DNA from: an uncultured Hyphomicrobiales bacterium | GTDB lineage: Bacteria; Bacteroidota; Ignavibacteria; Kapaibacteriales; UBA2268 | DNA: 64,000 nt | Assembly (NCBI GenBank): GCA_964650885.1 | Contig: CAZYXG010000001.1 | Coordinates: forward strand, 78,639 to 142,638 | Direction of reading: 5' to 3' | Shown here: positions 49,444-59,900 of the stretch, piece after piece | Layout of the letters: each line of letters opens with the position of its first letter | How positions within the stretch are numbered: the stretch's first letter is position 1 | The notes under the pieces: generated by a model | Told to the model about the DNA's origin: nothing | Seen by the model: only the letters and a program-made list of their open reading frames with translations | Databases searched by the model: none | Made by a program: the position numbers and the translations under genes

Positions 49444-51378
49444 ATGCTTTCCCTTAATAGACTTATAATTTTTCTTCTATTAGTATTTACTTTTCAAGAG
49501 TCAATTTGTGAAGTTAAAAAGTTTGACAAAAACATAAATACGTTTATCAATTTGATTGATTATTTAATTGTTGATTATCACAATGCTGTGCAGAATGGCA
49601 AAGTGGTTAATAATGATGAGTATCAAGAGATGAATGAATTTATTGATAATTCAATAAATTTATTTCAAAGTATAAAACAAACTATACCCTCACAAACCAA
49701 AGTTCAAATTTCAAAAGAATTAGAACTTTTGAAAAAGGCAATTCAAAACAAAGCTAATTATAAATATATCAAACAATTAGCACAATCAATTAATAAAGAA
49801 ATAATTAATTTAAACTTAGTTTCACTCACACCAGATTTTGCATATAGTTTGCAAGAAGGGCAAAATTTGTACTTAGCAAATTGTACAATTTGCCACAACA
49901 AAAATGGTGATGCAAATACTGATTTTGCTAAAATTAGCAATCCTAAACCAGCAAACTTATTAGATGCAAGTTTAATGTCTTCCATTTCAGTGTTCCATAT
50001 ATATAACACAATAAGATTAGGAATAGCTGGAACAAATATGCTACCTTTTGAAAAGTTGAGCGAAAAAGAAGTCTGGAATTTAGCTTTTTATGTTTCTTCA
50101 TTGCGTTTTCAATCAAGGAAAATGAATGAGGAATTAACCAAGCTGCAAAGTAAGATAAATAAGATTGTAAGTTTGGAAGAGAAAAGTGTTTTAAGTGAAG
50201 ATAGTTTGATGATTATCCTAAAGTCGAAAGGAATTAATTCTGAGAACACTGTGGCAGCTATGCGGTTATTTAGCCCCAAAGAATCTTCTGATAATTTAGG
50301 GATTTTGGCAACTAATGTTAATTTACTCTCTATTATTGACTTGGTTAAGATTAATGAATATGAAAAAGCAAATGCAGAAGCTATAGCAACTTATTTAGGC
50401 ACAATAGAACCTTATGAGAAAAAGCTTGAAAGCTTAGATAAAACATTGAAATTGAACTTAGAATCTGCGATGTTGAAGCTTAGATCCGACATTAATAAAC
50501 ATAAAGATATTGCGATAATTCAGCAAGATATTGATGAAATTGAATCATTGATATTTAAAGCAAATAATTTATTAGTAAACACTAAATATGACAATTGGTT
50601 AGCGTTTTTTCTTTCCTTCTCACTAATTATTAGGGAGGGGATTGAAGCATTATTAATCATAGTTACTATAATTGGTGTTTTAAATAAAATGGAAAGTAAA
50701 TGGGCAATTAAGTGGATTCACTATGGCTGGATTTTAGCACTCTCAATTGGAGTACTTTCTATGTATTTCATTGATTCTATAAAACTTATAAGTAGTGAAA
50801 ATAGAGAAATATTCGAAGCAATGGCATCTGTATTTTCCGTAATTATGTTACTATTTGTAGGATTTTGGTTGCATTCAAAAAGCGATGCGTCAAAATGGAA
50901 AGCTTATGTAGAAAATAAAGTAACAAAAATTTTAGATTCAAAAAGTTTAATTGGGTTAACTTTATTGTCTTTCATTGTTGTTTTTAGAGAAGTCTTCGAA
51001 TCAGCACTTTTCTTAACTACATTGAAATTAGATTTAGAAAACAATTCAAGTTCCTATGTTTATTTTGGAGCTTTAGCTGCAATTATGCTAACAATTTTGA
51101 TTTCTTGGGTTTTACTTAAGACAACGAAAAATGTTCCAATAACTAAATTCTTCAAATTTTCTTCAATTGTTATAGTAATTTTGTCAGTGATTTTGATAGG
51201 GAAATCTGCTAATGCTTTTCAAGAGGCAGGTGTATTAAGTGTTTCTAGTTTACCAATTAGTTTTAGTTTCTCTTTGATTGGGCTTTATTCAAATTATGAA
51301 TCTTTATTTTCTCAGTTTGTTTTAATTTTAATTGTAGTGTTTCTTTGGAAGATAAAGTTAACATATAGTAAGAGTTAA
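49444..51378 (+). CDS. Fusion protein: N-terminal periplasmic cytochrome c domain plus C-terminal FTR1-family high-affinity iron permease
   Basis: CXXCH heme motif CTICH. Two FTR1 RExxE motifs (IIREGIEALLII; VFREVFESALFL) in a polytopic C-terminal half. Confidence 0.7.
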   Translation: MLSLNRLIIFLLLVFTFQESICEVKKFDKNINTFINLIDYLIVDYHNAVQNGKVVNNDEYQEMNEFIDNSINLFQSIKQTIPSQTKVQISKELELLKKAIQNKANYKYIKQLAQSINKEIINLNLVSLTPDFAYSLQEGQNLYLANCTICHNKNGDANTDFAKISNPKPANLLDASLMSSISVFHIYNTIRLGIAGTNMLPFEKLSEKEVWNLAFYVSSLRFQSRKMNEELTKLQSKINKIVSLEEKSVLSEDSLMIILKSKGINSENTVAAMRLFSPKESSDNLGILATNVNLLSIIDLVKINEYEKANAEAIATYLGTIEPYEKKLESLDKTLKLNLESAMLKLRSDINKHKDIAIIQQDIDEIESLIFKANNLLVNTKYDNWLAFFLSFSLIIREGIEALLIIVTIIGVLNKMESKWAIKWIHYGWILALSIGVLSMYFIDSIKLISSENREIFEAMASVFSVIMLLFVGFWLHSKSDASKWKAYVENKVTKILDSKSLIGLTLLSFIVVFREVFESALFLTTLKLDLENNSSSYVYFGALAAIMLTILISWVLLKTTKNVPITKFFKFSSIVIVILSVILIGKSANAFQEAGVLSVSSLPISFSFSLIGLYSNYESLFSQFVLILIVVFLWKIKLTYSKS

Positions 51379-51878
51379 AACTCAGATTCATCACGCCAAA
51401 AAAGTATCCGCCAATCTGTTTGTATGTTTGGCCTAATTAGCACTACAGTGGCTCTACCTTGTATTTGGATTATCTCATCGGCAGAAAATACGATTTTCAA
51501 TGTAAAACCCCTAGAAATTTGTATATTCAAACTATCGCCAATTGAATTTATTTGATCGTTCCAAACAAGATCAAGTGTATTGGCAGCCACGAAGATTCTA
51601 TAAGTGGAAATCATTTCTTGGTCTCTACTCCAAGTTAAATCCAAACCTTTTTCATGATTTCTATAAGCGAATGAGAAATTTCTGTCAAGCAGATTTCCAT
51701 ATACTAGAGTATCTTTGAATTTATAAGCGTAGCTCCAATTGTTGAATATCCCAATGACATTCCTTTGGTCTGATATTACGTTATTAGAGTCTTGATTATT
51801 GCTCAGGGTAGGGGCAAATGGATTTGTACAAGATGAAATTAAAGCAAAGCAAGACAATATGAATAATAAATATTTCAT
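51375..51878 (-). CDS. Hypothetical lipoprotein (167 aa)
   Basis: Lipobox LISSC. Lies 2 bp downstream of the PP2C phosphatase gene on the same strand. Confidence 0.35.
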   Translation of the reverse strand: MKYLLFILSCFALISSCTNPFAPTLSNNQDSNNVISDQRNVIGIFNNWSYAYKFKDTLVYGNLLDRNFSFAYRNHEKGLDLTWSRDQEMISTYRIFVAANTLDLVWNDQINSIGDSLNIQISRGFTLKIVFSADEIIQIQGRATVVLIRPNIQTDWRILFWRDESEF

Positions 51879-51880
51879 AG

Positions 51881-54694
51881 TTATACCGCTTTAACTATTA
51901 CAATTGTTATGTCATCGAACTGCTCTTTATTTTTAGCGAATGAATTAACTTGATTAAGTATATTGTTTCTAATTTCGTTAGCATTAAAGCTATTGTTAGA
52001 CTTAATAATTCTCAATAAATTCTCTTCTCCAAACTCATCTTCATTAGTATTTCTTGCTTCAATAATCCCATCTGAAATTATAACAAACACATCATTTGGA
52101 TTGTAATTAAATTTAACTTCTTCAATGCTTTTATCAAATAGAATTCCTTTGTTCACTCCTAACACTATACCATTCGGCAAGATTAATTCTACTTTTTCTG
52201 TTAATGAATTGTACCAGTAAATAGGCAAATGTCCTGCTCTAGAAACTGTAATTGTTTTATTTGTTTTGTCAAACTCAGTAATTACACACGAAACAAAATA
52301 GTTCTTATCTAAGTAGTTATAAATTATACTATTTGTACGCTTTAAAACATCTTTTGGTGAGAGTTTGAATTCACTCAATACTTTAAGAATACCTTGAATT
52401 TTAGACATATAGAATGCAGCTGATGTACCTTTACCAGATACATCGCCCAATGCAATTGTCATTTTGTTTTCAGATTGGTAGAAATCATAGAAATCTCCAC
52501 CTACTTCTAAAGCAGGCAGGGAACTACCAGATATATCAAGCCAATTAATATGAGGTATATCTTGCGGAAGTGAAGAAAGTTGAATTTTTCTTGCAATTTC
52601 TAATTCATGTTTGAAACGTTCTTTTTCTGCTAAATCATCATATAAATAGGCATTTTCAATCACAAAAGAGGACTGGGAAGAAATGTTGGCAACTAATTGA
52701 TAATCCTGACTATTAAACTTTGTTTCAGATAGTTTTTCACCAATAAATATAGCTCCAAGCAATTTGCCTTTTGAATAAATCGGAGAGATTAAAATCAGTT
52801 TACATTCATTGAAGACTAGTTTAATATCGGCATCTAAATTATTTACATCAAAGATAGAGCTTTGGTCTTTAATTTGATTAATTAGCTTAGTGTCAATTGC
52901 ATTCAGATATTCTTTAAAAGTGTAATCATTGAATCCAATGAAATTTTGCTCTAGTATTCTTTGTTCATTTTTAAAGAAAAGAACACCTATCCTTTTAACT
53001 TTAAGTATATTTGAAAGTTTAAAGGTTATCTCTTTAGCTAAGTTATTTAATGCAAGTTTTTGTTCTAAAACTCCTAAAAGTTCTTTAGAAGATGTTTCAA
53101 AATCTAGTCTATTTCTGAAAAATTTATAATCAATCCAACTTTGAACTGCTCTTGCCAGAAACCAAGTTATAACAACAACTAAAAATGATAAAATCAATGT
53201 GAATATTTTTTCAAGAAAGAACTCATAATCTTTATTTAGCGGACTTGTAAGAACTACTATTTTAAGTCCTCTCAATGCTAAATTTGGCATATTCCAGTTT
53301 GTAATAGTAACAAAATAGAGTGTAATTAAAGCAATTGAAAAATTTACAAGCTGCCAAATTCCAGTTGCTAAGGAATACAAAACATTCTTTTTTACTTTAA
53401 GTAATAACTCTAACTTATTGTAATAATTAAGTATTATCAATAATAATGTAACTGGAAATAATGTAATAGCTAAACTAATTTCATTTTCGATGTTACTAGT
53501 GCTTGTATCAAATACAAGATACATAACAGTACCAATAAAAATGAATAAAGGACTTGAGGATAATAGAAATCTAGAAATACTACTTTTCTTTATCTGGATT
53601 ATACCATATTTTATGTCTAATCCAAAGAAGACAATAGAGAAAACTACTGATACTAACAAAGGCAATAAAGTTAGTCCTGATTTAATCTGAATTGCTATAA
53701 TAATTGTAATTATTGCAAACATCAATAAATATGTGATATTCTTTATTTTAGAATATTTCTCAGATTTAGGTATAAAATAATAATTTGGTAAGTTACTATA
53801 AATGAACTGGTTGATAATAATAAAGCTAAAATATAAGTAAAATAAAGTTATTATTCTAATAATCTCAAATTTTGCACTAAACACAGCTGGTTTTATTTGA
53901 TTGAAAGTTAGAAACATTCCGTTAACAATAAAGAAATATCCTAAAGGAAAAGCTATTCTATTAAAACTCTCATCTTCTTTGTTTTTAAAGATAAACCTAA
54001 TTGCAAAAACAAATAGTAATAATCCAAAGATGAATCTTATTAGGTTAATTTTTGAAATAACGTATTTTGCAATCTTTATGTCAAGTGTTTTGAATTCGCC
54101 GTTACGATAAATTTCATAATATAAATTGGTGCTAACTGATTTATATTTTAAATGTTTAGTGGCATCTACTCCATCTTTAAAGTCTTCATTATTTACTTTT
54201 GTAATAATGTCCCATTTTTGCATTCCAGCTTTATCGGAAGTGCCGTCTTTATCAACATTGAGAACTATTAGTGAAGAATTGAAGTAAATCAATTTAATTG
54301 TATCGAAATTATGCACTTTTACATATCTTTGAAAGTGTTGTTCGTTTTGGTAGTTATGTAATTCTAGTTTCAACTCCTTTGAATTGTTTTCTCTAAGAAC
54401 ATTAAGTAAGTCATTTTTATTGATAACTTTAATATCATTGATGGAAACAAGAAATGAATTTGCACTTACAGAATCATCATTGAAAGTGTTATCTTTTAAC
54501 TTTAAACTTTTTGCTGGAAATGATTCTTTAACTAAGATTTTACTAAAAGTATCTGCGAAGGAATTTTGGTCTGTTGGGGAAGTTACAACTATAAAAAGGT
54601 TGTAAACACTAACAAATAATGCCAAAATAAAGATTATCGAAAAAACAATCTTGTTCTTAAGTAGCTTCTTAATTTTGGCAATTAGTTTTTGCAT
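51881..54694 (-). CDS. Membrane-bound PP2C/SpoIIE-type serine phosphatase with a periplasmic PDZ-like domain, polytopic core and GAF domain
   Basis: C-terminal PP2C motifs (GGDFYDF...ALGDVSGKGTSAAF...DGIIEA). At least 8 hydrophobic helices. PDZ-like segment after the first TM. Confidence 0.7.
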   Translation of the reverse strand: MQKLIAKIKKLLKNKIVFSIIFILALFVSVYNLFIVVTSPTDQNSFADTFSKILVKESFPAKSLKLKDNTFNDDSVSANSFLVSINDIKVINKNDLLNVLRENNSKELKLELHNYQNEQHFQRYVKVHNFDTIKLIYFNSSLIVLNVDKDGTSDKAGMQKWDIITKVNNEDFKDGVDATKHLKYKSVSTNLYYEIYRNGEFKTLDIKIAKYVISKINLIRFIFGLLLFVFAIRFIFKNKEDESFNRIAFPLGYFFIVNGMFLTFNQIKPAVFSAKFEIIRIITLFYLYFSFIIINQFIYSNLPNYYFIPKSEKYSKIKNITYLLMFAIITIIIAIQIKSGLTLLPLLVSVVFSIVFFGLDIKYGIIQIKKSSISRFLLSSSPLFIFIGTVMYLVFDTSTSNIENEISLAITLFPVTLLLIILNYYNKLELLLKVKKNVLYSLATGIWQLVNFSIALITLYFVTITNWNMPNLALRGLKIVVLTSPLNKDYEFFLEKIFTLILSFLVVVITWFLARAVQSWIDYKFFRNRLDFETSSKELLGVLEQKLALNNLAKEITFKLSNILKVKRIGVLFFKNEQRILEQNFIGFNDYTFKEYLNAIDTKLINQIKDQSSIFDVNNLDADIKLVFNECKLILISPIYSKGKLLGAIFIGEKLSETKFNSQDYQLVANISSQSSFVIENAYLYDDLAEKERFKHELEIARKIQLSSLPQDIPHINWLDISGSSLPALEVGGDFYDFYQSENKMTIALGDVSGKGTSAAFYMSKIQGILKVLSEFKLSPKDVLKRTNSIIYNYLDKNYFVSCVITEFDKTNKTITVSRAGHLPIYWYNSLTEKVELILPNGIVLGVNKGILFDKSIEEVKFNYNPNDVFVIISDGIIEARNTNEDEFGEENLLRIIKSNNSFNANEIRNNILNQVNSFAKNKEQFDDITIVIVKAV

Positions 54695-54708
54695 TTTTTG
54701 TTGGTTAG

Positions 54709-56004
54709 TTAATTCAATTCTAAGCGATTGAAAATGAAATCAACACTTCTGAAAACTGTGTCATTATTGAATAAGCTTCTGATTTCTGCTTCATTCATAT
54801 ACGTTTTAAGTTCATTGTCAGCAAGTAAGTTATCTAAAAATGGGATTTTTTCATCCCAAGTTTTCATTGCATTGCGTTGTACTACCACATAAGCTTCCTG
54901 ACGCAACACTCCTCGTTTTGCAAGCTCTAGTAGAAACTTTTGGGAATGTATTAATCCCATTGTATAATTAAGATTTTCAATCATTCTTTCTGGGTAAACT
55001 ACTAAATTTTTCACTAATTTTACAGTTCTTTCTAAAATATAGTTGCAAGCAATAGTTGAATCTGGAAATATAACTCTTTCTACTGAACTATGAGATATAT
55101 CTCTTTCATGCCATAAAGCATTGTTTTCTATAGCTGCAAAGGCATTGCTTCTAAGCAAACGTGCTTGTCCACAAATATTCTCCGATGAAATAGGATTCCG
55201 TTTGTGGGGCATAGCTGAGCTTCCTTTTTGTCCTTTAGAGAAATATTCTTCTACTTCACGAACTTCGGTGCGTTGCAAATGTCTTATTTCGGTACCAATT
55301 TTTTCTATTAATGAACCAATTTGAGCAATTGCCATCATAAAGCTAGTATGCACATCTCTGGAAATAACTTGTGTTGAAATATTTACTGTTCCCAAACCAA
55401 GCTTTTCACAAACATATTTTTCAATTTCTGGCGACATGTGTTCGTAAGTGCCAACTGCACCAGAAATCATTCCAACACAAGCTTCTTTCATCGAGAACTT
55501 TAATCTTTCTATGTTGCGTAAACATTCGTCGTACCAAAGTGCAAATTTTAAACCGAATGTAGTTGTTTCAGCATGAATACCATGGCTGCGTCCAACGCAA
55601 ACTGTATATTTATGCTCCAATGCTCTTTCTTTCAAAGTATCTTTCAAATCATTCAAATTTCTAAGTAATATTTCACCAGCTTGTTTGATTTGAACTGCCA
55701 ATGCAGTATCTAACACGTCTGAAGAAGTCATTCCCAAGTGTATAAAACGTGATTCAGAACCTACATTTTCTTCTACATTAGTTAAGAAAGCTATTATGTC
55801 GTGCTTTGTAGTTAATTCAATTTCATTGATTCTTGCTACATCGAATTTAGCTCTTTCTCTAATTACTTTTGGCACTTCTGCTGGCACTAAGCCAAGTTGC
55901 ACTTGAGCTTCAACTGCTAATATTTCTATTTCTAGCCAAATCGCATATTTATTTTCTTCTGACCAAATTTTGCCCATTTCGGGAAGGGTATATCTTTCAA
56001 CCAT
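54709..56004 (-). CDS. purB: Adenylosuccinate lyase
   Basis: Fumarate-lyase signature GSSAMPHKRNP. 431 aa. Confidence 0.9.
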   Translation of the reverse strand: MVERYTLPEMGKIWSEENKYAIWLEIEILAVEAQVQLGLVPAEVPKVIRERAKFDVARINEIELTTKHDIIAFLTNVEENVGSESRFIHLGMTSSDVLDTALAVQIKQAGEILLRNLNDLKDTLKERALEHKYTVCVGRSHGIHAETTTFGLKFALWYDECLRNIERLKFSMKEACVGMISGAVGTYEHMSPEIEKYVCEKLGLGTVNISTQVISRDVHTSFMMAIAQIGSLIEKIGTEIRHLQRTEVREVEEYFSKGQKGSSAMPHKRNPISSENICGQARLLRSNAFAAIENNALWHERDISHSSVERVIFPDSTIACNYILERTVKLVKNLVVYPERMIENLNYTMGLIHSQKFLLELAKRGVLRQEAYVVVQRNAMKTWDEKIPFLDNLLADNELKTYMNEAEIRSLFNNDTVFRSVDFIFNRLELN

Positions 56005-56005
56005 T

Positions 56006-56674
56006 TTAAAATACCTTAGTTTTAGGTGTAAAATCCAATTGATATAAAGGAGTGTATGACTCTATGTCATCAAACTCATTTTGCGTAAATTTTTCGTAAG
56101 CCCTTTTTGCAACAAACCTAGGTGTTAACTTTTGCAGACCACTAAGTGTTTTAAGTTGTTCAAAATTTAAATTGTAATTACCCGCATAGATTACATCTTT
56201 TGATAATCTTTCTTTCAAATTATTTTCTTCAATAATTTCAATTTCAGTTCTTATTAAAGTAGACAAATTGAATTCTTGGTAGAAATATAAATCTTTGTGG
56301 CTTTTGATATAACTAGCTATAACATCTTTTTGCAATGATTTAGCAAATTCTAAACTAGCAGATTGCAATGATTCAAGAGTTGGAACAGCAATAAATTTTA
56401 CTTTAGATCCAAATAGCAACCCTTTAACAAATGCAGAACCTATCCTTATGCCAGTGAATGAGCCAGGTCCAGTAGAAAGGGCAATAGCATCTAAATCAGT
56501 TATTTGAATTTCAGAATCAATTAAAGTTCTTGAAAAATATTCAGCTAAAAGCTTATCGTGATTATTTTTAGCAAAGTAGGAATATTCACTAATTACATCT
56601 CCATTACTACTAAGTGCAATTCCACAAGTATTAGAAGAAGTTTCAATTGATAATATTAAATTACTGTATTTCAT
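56006..56674 (-). CDS. tsaB: tRNA threonylcarbamoyladenosine biosynthesis protein TsaB
   Basis: ILSIETSSNTCGIALS motif. Start set at the Met of MKYSNLIL, which forms an ATGA overlap with the mfd stop. The ORF-track start at 56710 would run 40 nt into mfd. Confidence 0.75.
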   Translation of the reverse strand: MKYSNLILSIETSSNTCGIALSSNGDVISEYSYFAKNNHDKLLAEYFSRTLIDSEIQITDLDAIALSTGPGSFTGIRIGSAFVKGLLFGSKVKFIAVPTLESLQSASLEFAKSLQKDVIASYIKSHKDLYFYQEFNLSTLIRTEIEIIEENNLKERLSKDVIYAGNYNLNFEQLKTLSGLQKLTPRFVAKRAYEKFTQNEFDDIESYTPLYQLDFTPKTKVF

Positions 56675-59600
56675 TCGTAAGACATTTCCACTGTTTTGCG
56701 TAGTTTCCAAAGAATTTCCACTGCTTCTTGTTCCGATTTAATTGAAAATTCTAACATAAGTTTCTCTTTGTTTTGTACCAAATTACAATTTTCGTAATCA
56801 TTAATGAAATCTAAAATCATAGGGAAGACTTCATCATAAAAGTGTTTCTTCGAATTATTTGGCAACTCACAAATCATAGAGTGATTTTTAACAATAATTC
56901 TTTCAAACCCAGTAGATACTGCTGAAATCCTAATCCTAACAACAAACATTAATTGTAACATTTCTTTAGGTAGTTTGCCAAATCTATCAATGATTTCTTT
57001 TTGCATATCGTCCAATTCTAGATTGGTACGAATTGCATAAAGCCTTTTATACAAAGTAAATCTTTCCGAATCATTCCCAATATAACTTTTGGGAATGAAT
57101 GCATCTGAATTTATTTCAATAGCGACTTCTTGATTTTCAACAAGCTTTTTCTTGAATGCTTCATCTACTGAAAATAAGTCTTGGAATTCATCATATTTGA
57201 TTTCAAGTACAGCTTCTTCAATAATTTTTTGATAAAGTTCAAACCCAATGTCATATATAAACCCACTTTGTTCAGCACCAAGTAAGTTGCCAGCTCCACG
57301 AATTTCTAAATCTCTCAAAGCAAGTTTATATCCGCTTCCCAAATCATTTAGTTCTTCAATAGCCTGTAATCTTTTAATTGAAGAATGGTTTAAAGTTTTA
57401 GCTTCTGGAACCAAGAGTAAACAGTGAGCTTGAATATTTGAGCGACCAACTCTACCACGAAGTTGATAAAGTTCAGCAAGCCCAAAATTCTGAGAATTAT
57501 TAATTATAATTGTATTAGCTCGAGGTATATCCAATCCAGATTCTACAATCTTTGTAGTTAATAGTACATCTATTTTACCTTGAACAAACTTCTGCATTGT
57601 GTTTTCGATTTCAGCTGGTTTCATTTGTCCGTGTGCTATTTCAAATTTATAATTTGGCATTAGCATTTTCAGTTCGAGCAAAAATTTAGTCAGAGGATCA
57701 ATTTTATCGTTCACAAAATATACCTGACCGCCACGTTTGATTTCGTTTTCAATTGCTTCTTTAATCTCTTTTAAATTAAACTCGATAACTTCTGTTATAA
57801 TTGGTAATCTATTGCGAGGGGGAGTTTCCATTAAAGATAAATCCCTTGCTCCAAGCAATGAAAAGTTCAGTGTACGTGGAATTGGAGTAGCTGTAAGAGT
57901 AAGAGTATCAATATGTGATTTTAAAACCCTTAGCTTTTCTTTAGAACCAACCCCAAATCTATGTTCCTCATCTATAACTAATAAACCCAAGTCTTTAAAA
58001 ATAACATCTTGGCTTAATATTCTATGAGTACCAATCAATATATCAACTTTGCCATCAAAGACTTTTTCTAAAGTATCTTTTTGCTCTTTCGCAGTACGAA
58101 AACGAGAGACCAAATCTACATTGACAGGATAACGACTTAATCTATCTTTGAATGTCATAAAATGCTGTTGAGCTAAAACAGTTGTTGGCACTAACACAGC
58201 TACTTGTTTACCACCTTGGACTGCTTTGAATGCAGCTCGAATTGCAATTTCAGTTTTACCAAACCCAACATCACCACAGACTAATCTATCCATAGGATAT
58301 TCAGATTCCATATCTTTTTTTATTTCATCTGTAGATTTAGCTTGGTCTAAAGTATCTTCATACATGAATGATGCTTCAAATTCTTTCTGCCAAATGTTAT
58401 CTTCGGGGTATGGAAATCCTTGAGTTGATTTTCTAGCAGCATATAGAGTGATTAAATCTCTAGATATATCTTTAAGTCTTTTTTTAGTTTTTGCAACTTT
58501 TCGTGACCATTCTGCACCGCCTAACTTAGAAAGCTTAGGCATAAACTCTTCACTTGCGTTGAATTTTTGAATTTTGTTTATATAATTCAAATTCACATAA
58601 AGTACATCGCCACCATCAAAAACTAATCTCAAGCAGTCTTGTTCATTACCACCAATTTTAACTGTTTTAAATCCCTCAAATCGACAAATTCCTTTATCTT
58701 CATGTACTACTAAATCATTAAGTTTTAAATCTTTAAGTTCTTTTAATGTAATGCCAGAATTTTTCTTTTTACGTTTATTATCAACAAATCGTTGACGATT
58801 AAATATTTGATGCTCAGTCAGATACGCAATACCAAAATCTTGCGAAATAAATCCAGCAGCCAAAGTGCTTTCCAGCCAAATAATATTCTTCTGCTGTCTT
58901 TCATCTAAGGTTTGGAATACAATATCTTTAAGTCTGTTTTGGTGTATTTTGCTTTCAGCCGCTATAAAAATTTTTAAATGCCTATCTACAAGTTGATTTA
59001 AAATGTTTTTAAGTACTGTAACTGTACCATTAATAACTGGGTGTATATCTGTTTCATAAACTATATCAGCTTCTCCAAAATCATTGATTTTAAGTCTTCT
59101 GTATTTTTCTATTTTTTCTAATATATCTTCGTTAAGCTCTAAAGATTGAGGATTATCCAAAACTATAAGTGTATCTTTATCAAGATAATCAAAGATAGTT
59201 CCTTTATTTTTAATATTTGAATCGTGGAATACTTTTGAAATAAATTCTATATCAAAATGCTCACGAATACTACGTTGGGATAATGTTTCAAACTCACGAA
59301 TAGAATCAATTTCATCGCCCCAAAATTCAATTCTAAGAGGATTATCGAATCCTATAGGATATAAATCTACTATGCCACCACGAATAGAAACTTCGCCTTC
59401 TTCAGCTACATAATCTTTTCGTTCAAAGCCTGATAGAAACAATGATTTAGTGAAATTACCAAAGTTTAGGATTTGCCCTTTGGCAATTTTGATTCTGTTA
59501 TCAGCTATTTCATTTACGTTTGGAGTCTCAATTTCAAATATACTTTCATCGCAAAGGGCAATAAACTTATCGTTGAGTTTGATTTTGCTCAATCCTTCTA

Positions 59601-59898
59601 TTAACCAACCTAGGTGATCTTCGGTAGTGCTAGTTTTGATTTTAACATTGCTTTGCTGTTCAACTAAAAATGAAAAGTTCTTGTGTTGAGTTAAGTTAAA
59701 ATCGTGAAAATAATCGTTTTGATTGTTAGCCGATGCAATAATTATTACTTTACTATACTTCTTTTCAAATAAGTAATTGATAAGTAAGCTTTTAGTAGAG
59801 CCATTTAATGTTTTAACATTAATAACTCTTTTCTGATCTAATAGTGATAACTTATTTAATATCTTATTGTTAGAGAATGTATTTAATATTTCTTTCAT
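56671..59898 (-). CDS. mfd: Transcription-repair coupling factor Mfd
   Basis: 1075 aa. Walker A GDVGFGKTE, DEEH box (LLVIDEEHRFGV) and a C-terminal TRCF domain. Confidence 0.95.
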   Translation of the reverse strand: MKEILNTFSNNKILNKLSLLDQKRVINVKTLNGSTKSLLINYLFEKKYSKVIIIASANNQNDYFHDFNLTQHKNFSFLVEQQSNVKIKTSTTEDHLGWLIEGLSKIKLNDKFIALCDESIFEIETPNVNEIADNRIKIAKGQILNFGNFTKSLFLSGFERKDYVAEEGEVSIRGGIVDLYPIGFDNPLRIEFWGDEIDSIREFETLSQRSIREHFDIEFISKVFHDSNIKNKGTIFDYLDKDTLIVLDNPQSLELNEDILEKIEKYRRLKINDFGEADIVYETDIHPVINGTVTVLKNILNQLVDRHLKIFIAAESKIHQNRLKDIVFQTLDERQQKNIIWLESTLAAGFISQDFGIAYLTEHQIFNRQRFVDNKRKKKNSGITLKELKDLKLNDLVVHEDKGICRFEGFKTVKIGGNEQDCLRLVFDGGDVLYVNLNYINKIQKFNASEEFMPKLSKLGGAEWSRKVAKTKKRLKDISRDLITLYAARKSTQGFPYPEDNIWQKEFEASFMYEDTLDQAKSTDEIKKDMESEYPMDRLVCGDVGFGKTEIAIRAAFKAVQGGKQVAVLVPTTVLAQQHFMTFKDRLSRYPVNVDLVSRFRTAKEQKDTLEKVFDGKVDILIGTHRILSQDVIFKDLGLLVIDEEHRFGVGSKEKLRVLKSHIDTLTLTATPIPRTLNFSLLGARDLSLMETPPRNRLPIITEVIEFNLKEIKEAIENEIKRGGQVYFVNDKIDPLTKFLLELKMLMPNYKFEIAHGQMKPAEIENTMQKFVQGKIDVLLTTKIVESGLDIPRANTIIINNSQNFGLAELYQLRGRVGRSNIQAHCLLLVPEAKTLNHSSIKRLQAIEELNDLGSGYKLALRDLEIRGAGNLLGAEQSGFIYDIGFELYQKIIEEAVLEIKYDEFQDLFSVDEAFKKKLVENQEVAIEINSDAFIPKSYIGNDSERFTLYKRLYAIRTNLELDDMQKEIIDRFGKLPKEMLQLMFVVRIRISAVSTGFERIIVKNHSMICELPNNSKKHFYDEVFPMILDFINDYENCNLVQNKEKLMLEFSIKSEQEAVEILWKLRKTVEMSYE

Positions 59899-59900
59899 TC

